Assembly: GCF_009914755.1 (NCBI RefSeq)
Contig: NC_060934.1
Length of the DNA: 64,000 nucleotides
Direction: 5' to 3' (one strand)
From: the human T2T-CHM13v2.0 reference genome, Homo sapiens
The notes under the pieces are model-generated. The model was not told the DNA's origin. It made no database searches and saw nothing but the letters and a program-made list of their open reading frames with translations. Position numbers and translations under genes: made by a program. Below, piece by piece: positions 29,455 to 44,468 of this stretch (within the stretch, counting starts at the first letter, position 1; each line of letters starts with the position of its first letter).

Positions 29455-32154
29455 GCTTTAAAGAAAAACAGTTCTTCATTTTCATGTCTACTACACAGAA
29501 ATTGTTTTTCTGTGGCTTAATTTGAGCTATTTTCAGATACAGCAATGAAAAAGAAGAGTCTACATTGTTCTACATACTGATTGTCACTATGTTCAATTTA
29601 CTAACCACTAGAAAGATCCTGGAAATTTAACCCTCTCCTCCATCTTTGTGAAGATATTTATAAAATCACCTGCTAGCTCTGTGCACCCATTTATACTTCA
29701 TCAGATGTTTATTAAGTTTTTCTTAGAGATAATTTCCTACAGTGAAGGGCTGTTTTAAAATGAATGGGCTCACCTATTAGGTTTGAAATGCCCTAGCCTT
29801 GTGGTGGACTGGTTGTATCAGTGAAGTTATTTAAAGAATTTCTAGGCCACTGACTCAGCAGTCACTAGAGGATATAGTAGTTGTTTAATAAAGCCCATGT
29901 ACGTCCATTACAGCTTGTAACAGGTTTGCACAGCATGCAGAAGAAAAATAAAACATTAATTAGCTTTAATTCCACAAGTAAAACAATGTGAAAAACAATA
30001 ACCAACAGCCAAAAGAATGTTTCCTTATAAATCAAACAGGATGATTTATTTGGCTAGATTTCTAATAAAGAGGAATTCTCAGCTTTTATCTCATGGTTTC
30101 CCACCATTCACCAAAGACTGCTTTGTTAAAATGTTTTTGTTAACTAATATGAATAATAGTATGGCTGGTCTTTCATTTAAGGTTAAAAAAACGGAACACA
30201 CAAAACACAAATGAGTGGGGAACTTTTCCGGAGAGAGAAAAGAAAGGTGAAAAAGACAGGCAGAATGACGAGGAAGCATCCTGTGAGTGATGCCATGCTG
30301 GAAATGAGGCTTTAGGACTGCCATGCTTGGCAAATTGCAGTTTTCATGATGACGCCTGTTTGCCAAATACCTCTTTCAAGGGAAGCATTTCCAGCCTAAC
30401 ATTTGTCAAACCTCTTTTGTTAACTTGTTGACAAGAGTTAACTTGTCAGCTTTTAAAATGGCTTGCAGTTGGTATCCACGTTCCTTGATGGAAATGTGCA
30501 AAGTGTGAGTTACCCCCTTTCACAAAGAATCTTGTCAAGGGTGCTGACTTCAACTTGACTGCCTCTCCTGGGGGAAAAAAATCTACCTTCTGGAAACTTA
30601 AGTGATGAGTATTCCATCATAATTCTGCTTCAAAGAAATAAAAGAGGTCGAAGAGACAACCACCATCAAATAAAGAGTTAACAGGTAATTGTATAACTCA
30701 GCGACAGTTTAAAAACACAGTGGAGCATGTAGGATGTAAGCTTCAACGACCCAACCAAGCTCATAATTTCATGTTAACCGGCAACTCAGTGACATCAGCC
30801 AACAAGTTCCCCTGTGGAAGGCACGAAAGATGAAGAGACAGCAGCTTCCACCTGAGACATGATGAAGGGGCCGTGATTAATGCCCAGAATGTTACTCCAA
30901 AGAGCAATCTCTGAAGAACTATACCTCACCATCCTACCAGCCACACCCCTCCTGCTTAATGGAACAAGTTCCCATCTTCATGAAGCTAAGTCATCTCCAA
31001 GTATTTTAATTCTGTTGACACACTGAATTCATTGTTTTCTTTCAAGTATCCATGTCTCCTCTTGGAGTCCATTAGAGCCTATAAATCAGATCATCCATCC
31101 TCTCTGCCCTAGACTCAGAAGAACTTGAGGACGTGCTCTGAGGAAGGTCACTGTGAACGCCGATCATAGACATGAATGAAAAGAAAACATTCCGGTAAGT
31201 TTTTTAGTTCTTTATTCCTCTCATTTAGGTAATGGGTTAACTGGTTAGAAAAAAGCGGTTGGGGTGGGGGAAGGAGGAGGAGGTTCATAGGCGTTTTAAG
31301 TGCCAAAACCAAAAGTATGTTTTCATGGTAGTTTAAAGATAGACAAATACACATCCGCAACACACAGACACTGATAAATATATAAGTAAGGATTCTTTTT
31401 AATAAAGGGGAAGTATGCGGCTTAAACAACAGAGACAAAGAAGTGAAAATTAGGAACTATAATAAGTTTTAGACTAGAAGATCAAAAACTAAGGCAATGA
31501 ATGTGAAATTTGCTTTTTTAAAAAAACTATGAGTATCATGAATAAACTGCCTCCCCTGAAGGCTGCCACATGTAAAACGTTTTTAAAAAGTAGCCAAATA
31601 CCTGCTAATTCGCATAATATTTTTCAGATAGGATACTAAAAATCCCCTAATTATGAAATGGCTGCTTCACACAAAGAGTTGAGTTGGGTTCTAATTGTAT
31701 GAGGATATACTTAATATAATACAGATCTATTCATATAAAGGAGGCCCTTAATTTTGAAAATCAGTCTGTGTTAATCTGGTGAAACACAATAGCGGCATTT
31801 TTGTGCAGTTTTTTTTTTTTTTTTTTTAATGATTAAGAGTTTGACTTATTGTCTTATCAGCTAACAGTCCATATTTTGGGCTAGTATGTTTGACAAAGGG
31901 GTGACGACAGCTGCTACAGGAGAATGACAGAAGGACAAAAAAACTGAAATACACAAAGTAACCAACCTTCTTCTCCTTCCCAAGGAGGACAGAAGAGAAC
32001 TCACAGCAGGCCCCTGCCCTAGCATAGCTCATGTACCTTGTGACCTCCCAGCAGAGCATCATGTAGATGCCCCTAAAAGCAGCTGTTATGGAACCAGCTG
32101 GTCCCCGTGGAAAGGAGGCAATGGCTCTCCGGTGCTTACTGAAGCTGCTGCTTC

Positions 32155-32483
<329 letters not shown>

Positions 32484-33302
32484 ACTGAAACTTTTTAATG
32501 TTGACTTAACTGCATAAAAGGTAATCCAAGGCTCCATGAGGAAATGAAACAGAAAAAGTTAGCAGACACATTGCTTAGACTACGCCAACCGCCCAAAATA
32601 GGATGCTAATAACAGACATAAAAACAGATATACCAATTATGTTATAGATACCTCTCATTTATCCAGAATCCTAACCACATTCAAATCAGTTAAAATAGTC
32701 TGTAACAGTGCAGAATGGTGATTAATTGCCTAATAATTACTTTGAGGTAATACAAAATCCAGAAACTCACAATTTAATCTTTTAAAATTAAAAGCACTTT
32801 CATATGCAATGTATTCTCATCCTCTATAAATTATAAAGTGATCTATGGAAAACTAAAAATTGTTAACCAGAATAATAAACAGAGAATTTCCTCTAATTCC
32901 AGATGGCTAGGAGTTTGTTCATGCATTTTTCTGTATACTATCATATACAGAATGACTTTTTTCAAGATACCATACAAACCAAGCTCTAAATAGCTTCCTG
33001 TTTACTAAGAAAAAATTAGAGCCCCATCTAAAACTCACGATAGCAATGATTAACAATTTACAAAGAAGAAGATAAACAATCATCTGCTAATTTGTGACTA
33101 TATTTTCACACATTTTCATAATTAACTAATTTCTAAGGGTGAGCTACCTTCGTATTTTTTTTAAAAAAATTGAATCTGTAATAACTGTACATATCTATAT
33201 GGCTTATGAAACAATTAATACACATCCTATACCTATCTCATTTTATCCTTAAGGTAAGTCTTTAGACTTATACTGTAAGTGTCATAGTATTGTCTAAAGT
33301 AA

Positions 33303-33682
<380 letters not shown>

Positions 33683-34006
33683 ATTATTCTTTACAGCTTG
33701 TCTTCTCTGTTTCTGTCTGGTGGAAACATGGCCACAGCAAGTGCTAAATGTTTGACCAGGAGCATGGCGCTCAGGCTGCAAGACTGCAGAAATGCAGCCA
33801 GCCACTTCTGGGCAGAGGCTCTGCCCTGCCAATCAATCCCGACCCACTGGCCTGGCACAGATTCACAGGGTTTTCTTGAGTGTGGGACATATTTCTGATA
33901 CCAAAAAAAAAAAAAAGAAAAGAAACTCTTAACTAAATGTGACCTTTAGCAATCTTCTAGCTTTCTTCCAATAGTTGGGATGTTAGATTCTCAAAAGTTG
34001 GTGCCA

Positions 34007-34320
<314 letters not shown>

Positions 34321-34992
34321 TTTAAAAGTTGATGTCAGACACAAAAACAGATGACATTTGAGTAGGGATGTTTTTGTCTTTTTTGTATATGCTTAAAATT
34401 ATACTAGATCTCAGCATTTGGGGTCAGGCAAGTATTTGATAAATGACAGTTTGTTTTGCAGCTGGGGGCTGGGATAAGGTAGGAAAATAATGACGGTACA
34501 TATAACAACAGAAGCACGTGGAAGTGGCAGAATTCCTTTCAACCTTGACACATGGAGGAAGAAAGAAGCAGGAATCGTGAGGTTTTTGGGACAGTTTTGC
34601 ATAGACTCCTTTCACCTGGAGTGAGGACTTGAGGTATTTGGATGCTGTGACTTTAAGCTGGCAGATTCCGCTTCCTCTCCTGCCTTCCCCTTTTCTCTAA
34701 GAGATTATCATCTCACTACAGTACAAGCTTCTCTATAATAGAATGACGCATTGCTAGTACTCTCTACTGATTTTATAAATAAACTGCTTAACAATTTTGT
34801 TCAGAACACTTGTAATTCTTTGCATTCACAGAAGAAAAAAAATATGTTCTGATCTGAATGGTGAATTTCCTTAGTGCCATGAATATTCAACTAATTTAAT
34901 ACCTCAAAAATTCTCTAAAGAAAATCAGTAAAAATCCCCTTGAAAATATCAATAAAAAACAATTTACAAATAGAGACAATGACCACATGCTG

Positions 34993-35303
34993 TTTTTTCT
35001 TGTTTTTTTCTTTTGAGAAAGGGTCGTGCTCTCTCATCCAGGCTCGAGTGCAGGGCATGACCATGACTCTGTGCAGCCTCAATGTCCTGGACTCAAGTGA
35101 TCCTCCCAACTCAGCCTCCAGAATAGCTACAATGACAAGCATGCACTACCATGCCTGGATAATTTCTTTTTCTTTTCCTTTTGTAGAGACAGCGTCTTGC
35201 TATGTTGCCCAGGCTGGTCTCAAACTCCTGGGCTCAAGCAATCCTCTAGTCTCGACTTCCCCAAATGCTAGGATTACAGCTGTGAGCCACACCACACCTG
35301 GCC
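34993..35303 (-). mobile_element. AluJ
   Basis: Diverged reverse dimer; TSD acatgc(t/a)gttttt. Confidence 0.9.
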
Positions 35304-37752
35304 GACATGCAGTTTTTAATAAAACATCTTAAAATGCTAAGTGCTAACTGCCATCAATAGGATACTGTCACATAATATTTTTAAAGGCGTAATTATAAAT
35401 ACCATAAAATCACAGTCTACTATTTCAGAAAATCAGAGTCTACTTACTATTTGTATGTCTCAGAACGGATATACTCAAAAACATGGGACACGCCAAGCTG
35501 GAACTGGTCTGCAATGGGGGTCACCCAGGGATTGTTCTCTGCTTTGAATACCTGCTTCTGGCCAGTTAAATCCAAGTTTCCTGGGGGGGGGAAAAAAAAA
35601 AAAGTGAAGGTCACTTCATCCAATACAGATCAGGTCTAAGAAGTCCTTCTCAGTAATCACAGCCTAAGTACCCTAAATCAAACCCTAAGTGCCTCTTGGA
35701 TCATTTGATGTCTTTTCAATTTCTTAACCCAAGTCATCACAGGTACACAGTCATGACAGTACCTTGGCCCCAGAAATTAAGAACAAAGGAAGGAAGAAAG
35801 AAGACAGATGGAAAAGGAAAGCAGAGCAGAGGGAAGGAGGTATTTGCTGCAGAGACAAAAATGACTTGTTCAAAATTAAGAGAAGTGATAATATGAAAAC
35901 CATTTAAAATTCTATCTTGACCATGTCAGTATGCATCATGCCTTGTCCTGGCTGATCTGGGCCCAATCTGATCAACACCACTTTTTTCACCAATCAAGAC
36001 AGCGTATGAATGGAGAAAGACAGGAATATTACCCAAGCCAAACCGTTGTTACTCAAGTATAAGAGCATAAGCACATCTCGGAATCAGCCCTAAATGAATC
36101 TCATTAACATGGCAGTGATAAAGACTAATTACCTTTTAAAATCATTCCTCATTTCATTCTCCAGCAATCTGGAAGGTCAGATACTAATATTACTTTATAG
36201 GTGAAGAAATGGAAACTTAAGGAAATTAACTAATATGCCCAAGATCAGAAAAAGCCAGCATGAAGATTTCAAGCTGATGCTCAATCTCATACACCTTCTA
36301 CAGTGTCTGGTGAGGCCATCAGGTTACATATCAATTTAGATAAGGTTGATTTAATGAAGGTAGCATAAAAAAGCCAGCAAGCACCCCTCATCTGGATATC
36401 CTCTGTTAATGACCAGTTGACTGTTTTTTTTTCTTTTTGATATATTCAAAAATGGAAAAGGCAAAGTGTGAAAGAACTTCCTAAAATGCGCTCGCCTATG
36501 AAAGCAAGAAGCAGAGAAAGAGAAGTTAGGCAGCAGGGATATATGTGAAGGTCTGTCCCTAAAAGTCCTACTGAGGAAATCAATTTTCAGACTTCTCATC
36601 CATGGCCTGGTACTGTTTGAACCTAGAGACACAGCAAAGATTTTTGCTAAGACACAACCGAAGTTACGTGCTGTTGCTGTTCCCAGGTTCTACTGCCTAT
36701 GTTTTCATAGATGGTAACTCAGGACAATGAAAACATATCCTGGGACGCAAGTACAAAGCAAATCATTGCCTAGCTGATCTGAGCTTTGGAAATGAAAGGA
36801 TAAATGAATTTTTTTATGAGGAAGATAATGCAATATTGCTTGTTAAAACAAAATAATAGATACTTTGAATCTTTCCTTTTTGTTCTATGAACTTGCAACT
36901 ATTCAGAAAAACAAAAGAAAAACGACTACAATTTCACAAAATCTTTTTAAGAAAATACACACTACTAAATATCAAGAGAGAGTAATTCATCATGTTTCCA
37001 AAGCTACTAAGAATTTGTTGGCGCTTGGTACAAAAATAAGCAGATCCATTTCTCTCCAAGATTATCAATATTGTCAATTTCCTCATCTTAATGGTTAAAC
37101 ATCGTTAGTCAGATATTAAGTCACTTGGGAAATTAGTGAGCTTGATTCTCTAAACCATGAGTCAGAAAGCTGCCTAGGGTGAATGAAAACCCAGGGGTGG
37201 TATGCATTCTGCTTAGCTGAGTATCTCACCTGGGTTTCATCTTGTTGGCAAGGGGCTGCCATTGATCTTTGTTATCTTTACTTAGGGAGGGGGTTTTTAG
37301 AGTCCCAAGAATGAAACTGACCCCTTGTTTACATTTCTCTATAATTCTTATTTCCTCTTAAAATCTAGTTTGCTGCACTCAATTTATCTTGTCTTCCATA
37401 TAATTCCTTCATGGTTTTTTTCTCTAATTTTTCCTTTTCCTAAAAATGAATATAATATACATTCCTGGAAAGAAGCCATCCCTTTAAAAACAAGTCTATT
37501 TCTGATGTGTCGTATTTTATGTGCACGATGGTATGTTGCCCATTGTGCACAGGAGGCAGGACTAGTAAGGGAAGGGGTTACAAACTGGACAACAGTGACC
37601 ACGGTGCAGCAATGCCCTCATCAGCTGGGAATGGTAGTGCTGCAGCTCAATATATCTCTCTTAAAACATTCACCTGAGAAACAACCTATGCTTACATCTT
37701 GTCATCTTCATGCCTCTAATCTCTGCCCACAGACATCAGCATGAATCAACTA

Positions 37753-38106
<354 letters not shown>

Positions 38107-39499
38107 AAAAATATGTGTATTGCAAAGTAGATGAAAAAAAAGCAGCAGAAGCCATGAAAAGTATAAACTACATATTTATGGAATAGCACAGAAATGAATT
38201 CCTAAGCTAAGGGGATTTTCTAGTTAGTGAGTATTTTGCCCTAAATATCTTTCCTTCTTCTGCAAAATTGGTTATCCTAATGAGAAATATAGTCGGAACT
38301 TCTAGTTGGTAGAATTTTACTCTGTTGAAGAAGCGTCCAGGATTTTCAATCATTTACACAACTGCTTTGCTTTTAACATCTGGTTCAGAGGGGTGATTGC
38401 AGGAACACACCTTTTTTTTTTTTTTTACTTTGGGAAGAGGGAGAAGAGGAGGGAAGTCAGCTACATTTGGGCACAGAGCAGCATTTCTCACCACACTGTA
38501 TTTTCAGGGCCCTTGGCAAGCATGAGAACAACGTGGAGCAGGGAAAGGATCCGGGAAGGATGACACACACAAGTCTCAGCTATTTCAAATTTTCCCTGGG
38601 AAGACTTGCTTGGGATAATGAGGGGAAGAGACTCCTCTTTTCTAGCCTGCATCACAAGCTCCCTTCCGCCGAGTCCCAAGCCTTGCTCGATCATCCGAAA
38701 CTGAAGGTATGTTATGAGTAAAGCTGGTTTTAAAGACCCCTCCTTGAACTTAAGGAATAGGGACGTATTTCTGCGGGAAAGAAGCACTCGTGTTCTACTA
38801 CTGACGGCCTGCAAAACCACTCTGGAACGCACACAGCCTCTTGTTAACTTATTAACAGCATCTTACTAAGTGTGCAGTCTTTTCAGTGGTAATCCTCTGA
38901 AAATAATGTACTAAAGTTCTATGCTCCCTGACTGCCACTCATGGAAGGAGAATAATGCCAAGAAAGGTCAGCCATGTTCTCTGGGCCCTTTTGTCTGAAG
39001 CCTGTAACCCCCTGGAGATCTGTCAATCCCAAGTGATGTCTCTATTTAGGTGCTGTCAGTGGAGACGGCAGAGGCATCACAGATTGCTAATGATGGCTGC
39101 TAACTGGAGCACACAGGAGACGCTGGATGCGAGCTAGACATACTCCCTTAAGGGAAAAGGAGTCACACGCTGATGTCTACAAGTCAGAGTTAACAGAAAG
39201 GACCACAGGCTATTCACGATCATCTTCACTTATATCACTTCCAACCCATCTGCATATTTTAGCTGGGATGGGGAGTGGCAAGGAGGGTACAGATGACTGG
39301 GTTACCCTCCCCACCCTCATTTACTTACTTCAGTATCAAGCAATGCTACTAAATTAAATCCCCAAGTGCTTCCTAAAGCTACATGAACTTAAGAGCCTAA
39401 TAGAAAAGAATGATTAGGGTTCCCTGGGGAAAAAAAAGAAAAGAAAAAAGCTTCTTGTATGATGTTGGTCTTTCTTTTTAACAAAGAGCCATGAAACCC

Positions 39500-40680
39500 A
39501 GGTATAATGTCCGTGGCAAACCTTAAAGGAGGAAACTATTATAAATGACAGAAATGGAAACCGCGCGAGCGAAACAGAGCAATGTCTCTTTGGAGTTAGA
39601 ACTGGGACTTGCTGTAATAGGGCATGCTTGTTTTGTTTTTCAACTTAATGTCACCGGTGGATAACACAATACCTGTTTCTGTAGCGCTGCAACCCTCCCA
39701 GCAAGCGATTTGTCTCTGGGTTCTCTTGCCTCACTCTGCACCAGTTGGGGATGAAGCAATTTCAGAAGAGGGTTAATATAATTAGAGTAAAGCTGGCCAT
39801 TATATTGTGTGAAAAGATGACACCCGACTCATATTGGCCTAGCAACAAGTTACCATTGCCTCGGCAGAGCTCGTCTGTCAGCTGTCGGAGGTAGGTTCCC
39901 TTTTAAGTAATAACATGCAGGAAGCATCTCACCCCGCTGTCAGTCAGCCTGCAATCGCTCTGACGCCACACGCTTCAGTGCGTTGAGTTAGGAGCCCTCA
40001 CCCATCCCCTTTATTAGAAGGCTGAGCGGCGCTCTGGTGGTGTTCTAACAAGGATCAGGCAGCAGGATTAAGCACTGTGACAAAGAGGATCTAATAAGCT
40101 AGAAAGTGGTGCATCTACAGACACGCTGGCTGGCTCCCAGACACAGATTCACTTTGCTCACTCCTCAGTTGGAAGGCGCAGGCCACTGGGGAAGCCAGGC
40201 AGCGCCGTGATTAGCAGTGACCCTCTGACCGATGCTGCTATGAAGATCGTATATCACTCAGAGGCTTATTCTGCAATTGCAAATTGGATTTTCCATTTTA
40301 TTACCTGCAAAACGACCACATATGCTTCTTTCCAAAGCCTCTAGTACAGCAAGCTTTGCCATGCAACTGCAATTGTGTAAACATTAAATCATGCAAAACA
40401 CTCATTCTCCTTGCTGGTTATAAATGTGACTGAATGCAATAGACAATTGCAGCCCCATTAATAAGCATGCTCATTTTCACTTATGGAAATTGGTTGTTTC
40501 CATAATCACACTCTAAGAATTCTTCCTGAGTATTCAAAATCCTGAAACATGTGGCTAGCGGCACCATTTATCACATAGTAAGCAATCGAGGCGATCTGGG
40601 CAAATTTTTCACGTCATCAAAGTAGCATTCCCTCCCTTCCTAATTTCAAAATAGTACCACAGAGAGCTTTTTAAAATTAA
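39500..40680. promoter_or_regulatory. Candidate enhancer/conserved non-coding element
   Basis: No recognisable repeat, locally retained CpGs (e.g. ccgcgcgagcg), and several TGACAG/CTGTCA and TAAT/GGATTA motifs. Inference only. Confidence 0.35.
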
Positions 40681-42554
40681 TGCACTCCAAAAGCCACGCT
40701 CTCTCATTCACTCATAAATATCTAAGATTGTGGTCTAACAAGGTAAAACTAAAAAAAAGTGGCTGATTGGGTATAGCCCATCATTACTATACTAGATTTC
40801 TCCAAAACCAAGCAATTGATTTGCTCAGAAAGGATCGAGATGGGACATAATAACAGCTGAAAGATCACCTCTTCTCTGCGGCGAATCCTCACATGGAAGC
40901 TAACCACAAATGACTCCGATACAAAATAAAAGCTACATTTAGGGACTCTCCCACATAGACAAAGATTCTACACATAAGTCTCCATAATTCTCATTATCAT
41001 GTGCTAGGCTACTAATTATAGCAGTGCATGATTACAGACAAGTGGCCGACTCTGGAAAGTTCCTACTTTTTCACTTCTTTAGGAACACACTTTACTGAGT
41101 GGAAAATGATCAGAAGGCCTATAAAATGCTCATATTGTAATAGACAGTGTCGGCAGTAACTAAACATTGTAAACAACCGGAAATTTCATTACCAGGTGAT
41201 AAGCAGAATAATGTGCTATAGCCATACTGTGAAATGCTATTCAGTTATTAAAACAGAGTTATTTGTATGCACTGACCCGGAGGGAGGTCTGTAACTATAA
41301 TTAAAACAATGAGGATCTACCAAGCTTGCTATCAACCAATTTTTGAAAAAATACAGTAGAAATCCATATATGTATATGACTAAATGTTTATGTGTAAAAG
41401 AAGAAAAGGATAATATTAAGTTTTTAAGGTTGATTTTCTCAAATAAGGGAAATATTAATGTTGGTTTTCTCAAATTAAGGTAGGGCAGGAGGTTGAACTG
41501 GCAGAGCAAAGGATAAACATTAATTACCGATTTGGAGAATTCCATGTTAACAGTATGGATTATTCTCATAATTAAAAAAGATTAAAGTACATTGAAAGGG
41601 AATGGTCAAAAACAAATTAAAAGCACATGGTGCACACTAATTGGTACAAAACAGTATCCTTTAATTTAAGTATAGCCTATTGCAGTGAACATCACGCTTG
41701 TGGCCCATTCTCTTCTGTCTGCGTAATAGATGACGGTCTAAAAACCTAAGTGGAATGAGAATCTAGGTCTGAGGTTGCTTTTCTTTCTGTACATCATCAA
41801 CGCAATGTAAGCTGGGATGTCTCATGACAGCTCTCAAATTTATTCTGTGGGGAACGCAAGGCCACACTGTCATTCCGGCAACTGTCTGCTTGGCCTTTCC
41901 AGCAACACATTTTTAAAAGAGGCATTCTGTACATTTAATGCATGCATTGCATTGCTGCTTTAAGATACATACTAAAATAAACGGCTACTCTTCGGATCTA
42001 GTCGGGGAAGATAGTACAACTTACACACACACACACACAAAAAGATTTAAAAAGAGAAAACCACCACCCTACCAAATGGTTCCAACACAAGCAGCACCTG
42101 ATTTAAGTGTGTGCTGGTGTGAAGAGGCCCAGAAGTCCTTATGCCAATGAAGAAAAATAGCATTTTACATTGCTTCCATCTGATGCTCTTCTTGGCCATT
42201 TGATATCTGTGGTCCAGGTTAAGAAGGGATAGAAGAAGCTCTCAGTTGCTTATAAATATAATTAACCAGCAACAGAACAGTGCCATCCTCAACAGTCACC
42301 TCCAAGGTTGCCTTATGTTGCAAGTTGAAATGGCTGTTAAGTAAATAATTTATGTTTTAAACCTGGCATTCATTTAGGATTTCTCAATCATTCTTCTAAA
42401 TGTGGGAGGCAATCTTGTTTTTCCTTGCCAGATTTCCTTTTTATTGCTCAGGTAATGTTAGGACATAATGGACAAAACTCTGGTGGATCTGGCTCCTGAT
42501 CTCAAGAACTATTCACTGACTTGGGCAAATCCCAGAGTGAAAGAATTGAAGACG

Positions 42555-43268
42555 GGAAGCCTCTGCCTAGATTTCAGAGAATGTAGGGAAAAGCCTGGAT
42601 GTCCAGGCAGAAGCCTGCTGCAGGGGCAGAGCCCTCATGGAGAACCTCTACTAGGGCAGTGTGAAGGAGAAATATGGGGTTGGAGCCCAGACACACAGTC
42701 TCCACTGAGGAACCGCCTTACTGGGGCTATCAGTGGAGGGCCACCAACCTCTAGACCAGAGAATGGTAGATCCACTGACAGGCTGAACCCTGCACCGGGA
42801 AAAGCTGCAGGCACTCAACGCCAGCCCAATAGAGCAGTCACAGGAGCTAAACACTGCAAGGCCACAGGGAGCCATCCAGGGCTTTGGAAGGCCATCTCTT
42901 GAATTAGAGTGCCCTAAATGTGGAACACGGAGTCAAGGGAGATAATTTTGATGTCTTAAGATTTAATGACTGCCGTGCTGGGTTTTGAACTTCCATGGGA
43001 GCTGTAGCCCCTTTCTTTTGGCCAATTTCTCCCTACTGGAACAGGAGTATTTACCCAATGCCTATACCTCCACTCTATCTTGAAAGTAACAAACTTATTT
43101 TTTATTTTATAGGTTCACAGGTGGAAGGGACCAGCCTTGTCTGAGGTGAGACTTTGGACTTTTGAGTTAATGCTGGAATGAGTTAAGACTTTGGGGGACA
43201 GTTGGGAAGGCATGATTATATTTTGCAATGTAAGAAGAATACAAGATTTGGAGGGGCCAGGGGCAGAA
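42555..43268 (+). mobile_element. MaLR (MST/THE1) internal region, 3' part
   Basis: gcctctgcctagatttcagagaatgta...ggggcagagccctcatggagaacctctactagggcagtg...; polypurine tract ggaggggccaggggcagaa abuts the LTR. Confidence 0.88.
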
Positions 43269-43689
43269 TGATATCGTTTGGATCTGCAACCCTGCCCAAG
43301 TCACAGATCGAACTGCAAACCTCAATGTCGGAGGGAGGCCTGGTGTGAGGTGGCAGGATCATAAGAGTAATCCTTCATGAATGATTTAGCAACATCCCTC
43401 TGGTGCTGTTCTAGTGACAGCGAGTAATCACAAAATCTAGTTGTTTAAAAGTGTGGGGCACCTCCCTACTTCCTTTCTTGCTCCTGCTCCCACCATGTGA
43501 GTCATCTCACTCCCCCTTTGCCTTCTGCCATGATTTTAAGTTTCCTGAGGCCTCCCCAGAAGCCGAGCAGATGCCAGCATCATGCTTCCTATACGCCATG
43601 CAGAACTCTGAGCCAATTAAACCTCTGTTCTTTATAAATTACCCAGTCTAAGGCATTTCTTTATAGCAGTGCGAGAACAGACTAATACA
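43269..43689 (+). mobile_element. MST MaLR 3' LTR
   Basis: tgatatcgtttggatctg...tttcctgaggcctccccagaagccgagcagatgcc...gccaattaaacct...actaataca. Confidence 0.9.
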
Positions 43690-43699
43690 GCAGCGTTGG

Positions 43700-44290
43700 T
43701 TGTGTTAGAGGAATGGACAAACATTTTCCCTACATTGCTGGTTAGAATCCAAACTGGCACCTCTTCTCTGAAAAGCAATCTGGCGATTTCTATTAAGAGT
43801 TGTAAAAATGTTCATACTGTTTGACCTGGTAATTCCACCCTAGTAATAAATTTATGCGGAGGAAATAATCACTCATATTAACAATGATTTATGAATACAG
43901 ATTTTCAACTGAGTGTTGCTTATGTCCTTCTGAACAACTAGAAACAACTCAGATGTCTAGGGGGTTGGTTCATAATTATGAGACACTCAGAGCATGGTAT
44001 AATATGTAGCCATATGATTAAAAATGTTTTCAAATAAAATTTAATGACATGGGGCAATGGTCATGACATAATATTGAAGGTCAAAATGAAGGCTGTAAAA
44101 CTTATACAGCATGATCTTAACTTTTTAAAACACCATAAATATATACACAGGTGTATAGGAAAAAGACTAGAAGAAATACACATATAAGTGTATATGCATA
44201 TGAACAGAGAAAAGACTGGAAAAAAATCTCAGAATTTAAAGTGGTTATTTTTGGATGACAGATCATAAATGCTACCCTTTTCTGTTTCCC
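43700..44290 (+). mobile_element. Old L1 (L1ME/MC-like) 3' fragment
   Basis: acattgctggttagaat...aaagcaatctggcgatttctattaa...tttgacctggtaattccacc...aaaagactggaa. Confidence 0.6.
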
Positions 44291-44302
44291 AGATTTATTG
44301 AA

Positions 44303-44468
44303 GCAGGCGTTCTCAAACTTGAGTGTGCATCAGAATATTTTTTACAGAGTGACTACAACTTTCAGAGTTTTTAGTTTCATAGGTCTTGGGTGAAGCCCCT
44401 AGTGTTTGCATTTCTAACAAGTTCTTAGTGGATGATGGTGTTTCTGGTCGAAGGACCACACTCTAAAA
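44303..44468. mobile_element. MER5A-like hAT MITE
   Basis: gttctcaaacttgagtgtgcatcagaat...tttgcatttctaacaagttc...ggaccacactct. Confidence 0.75.
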
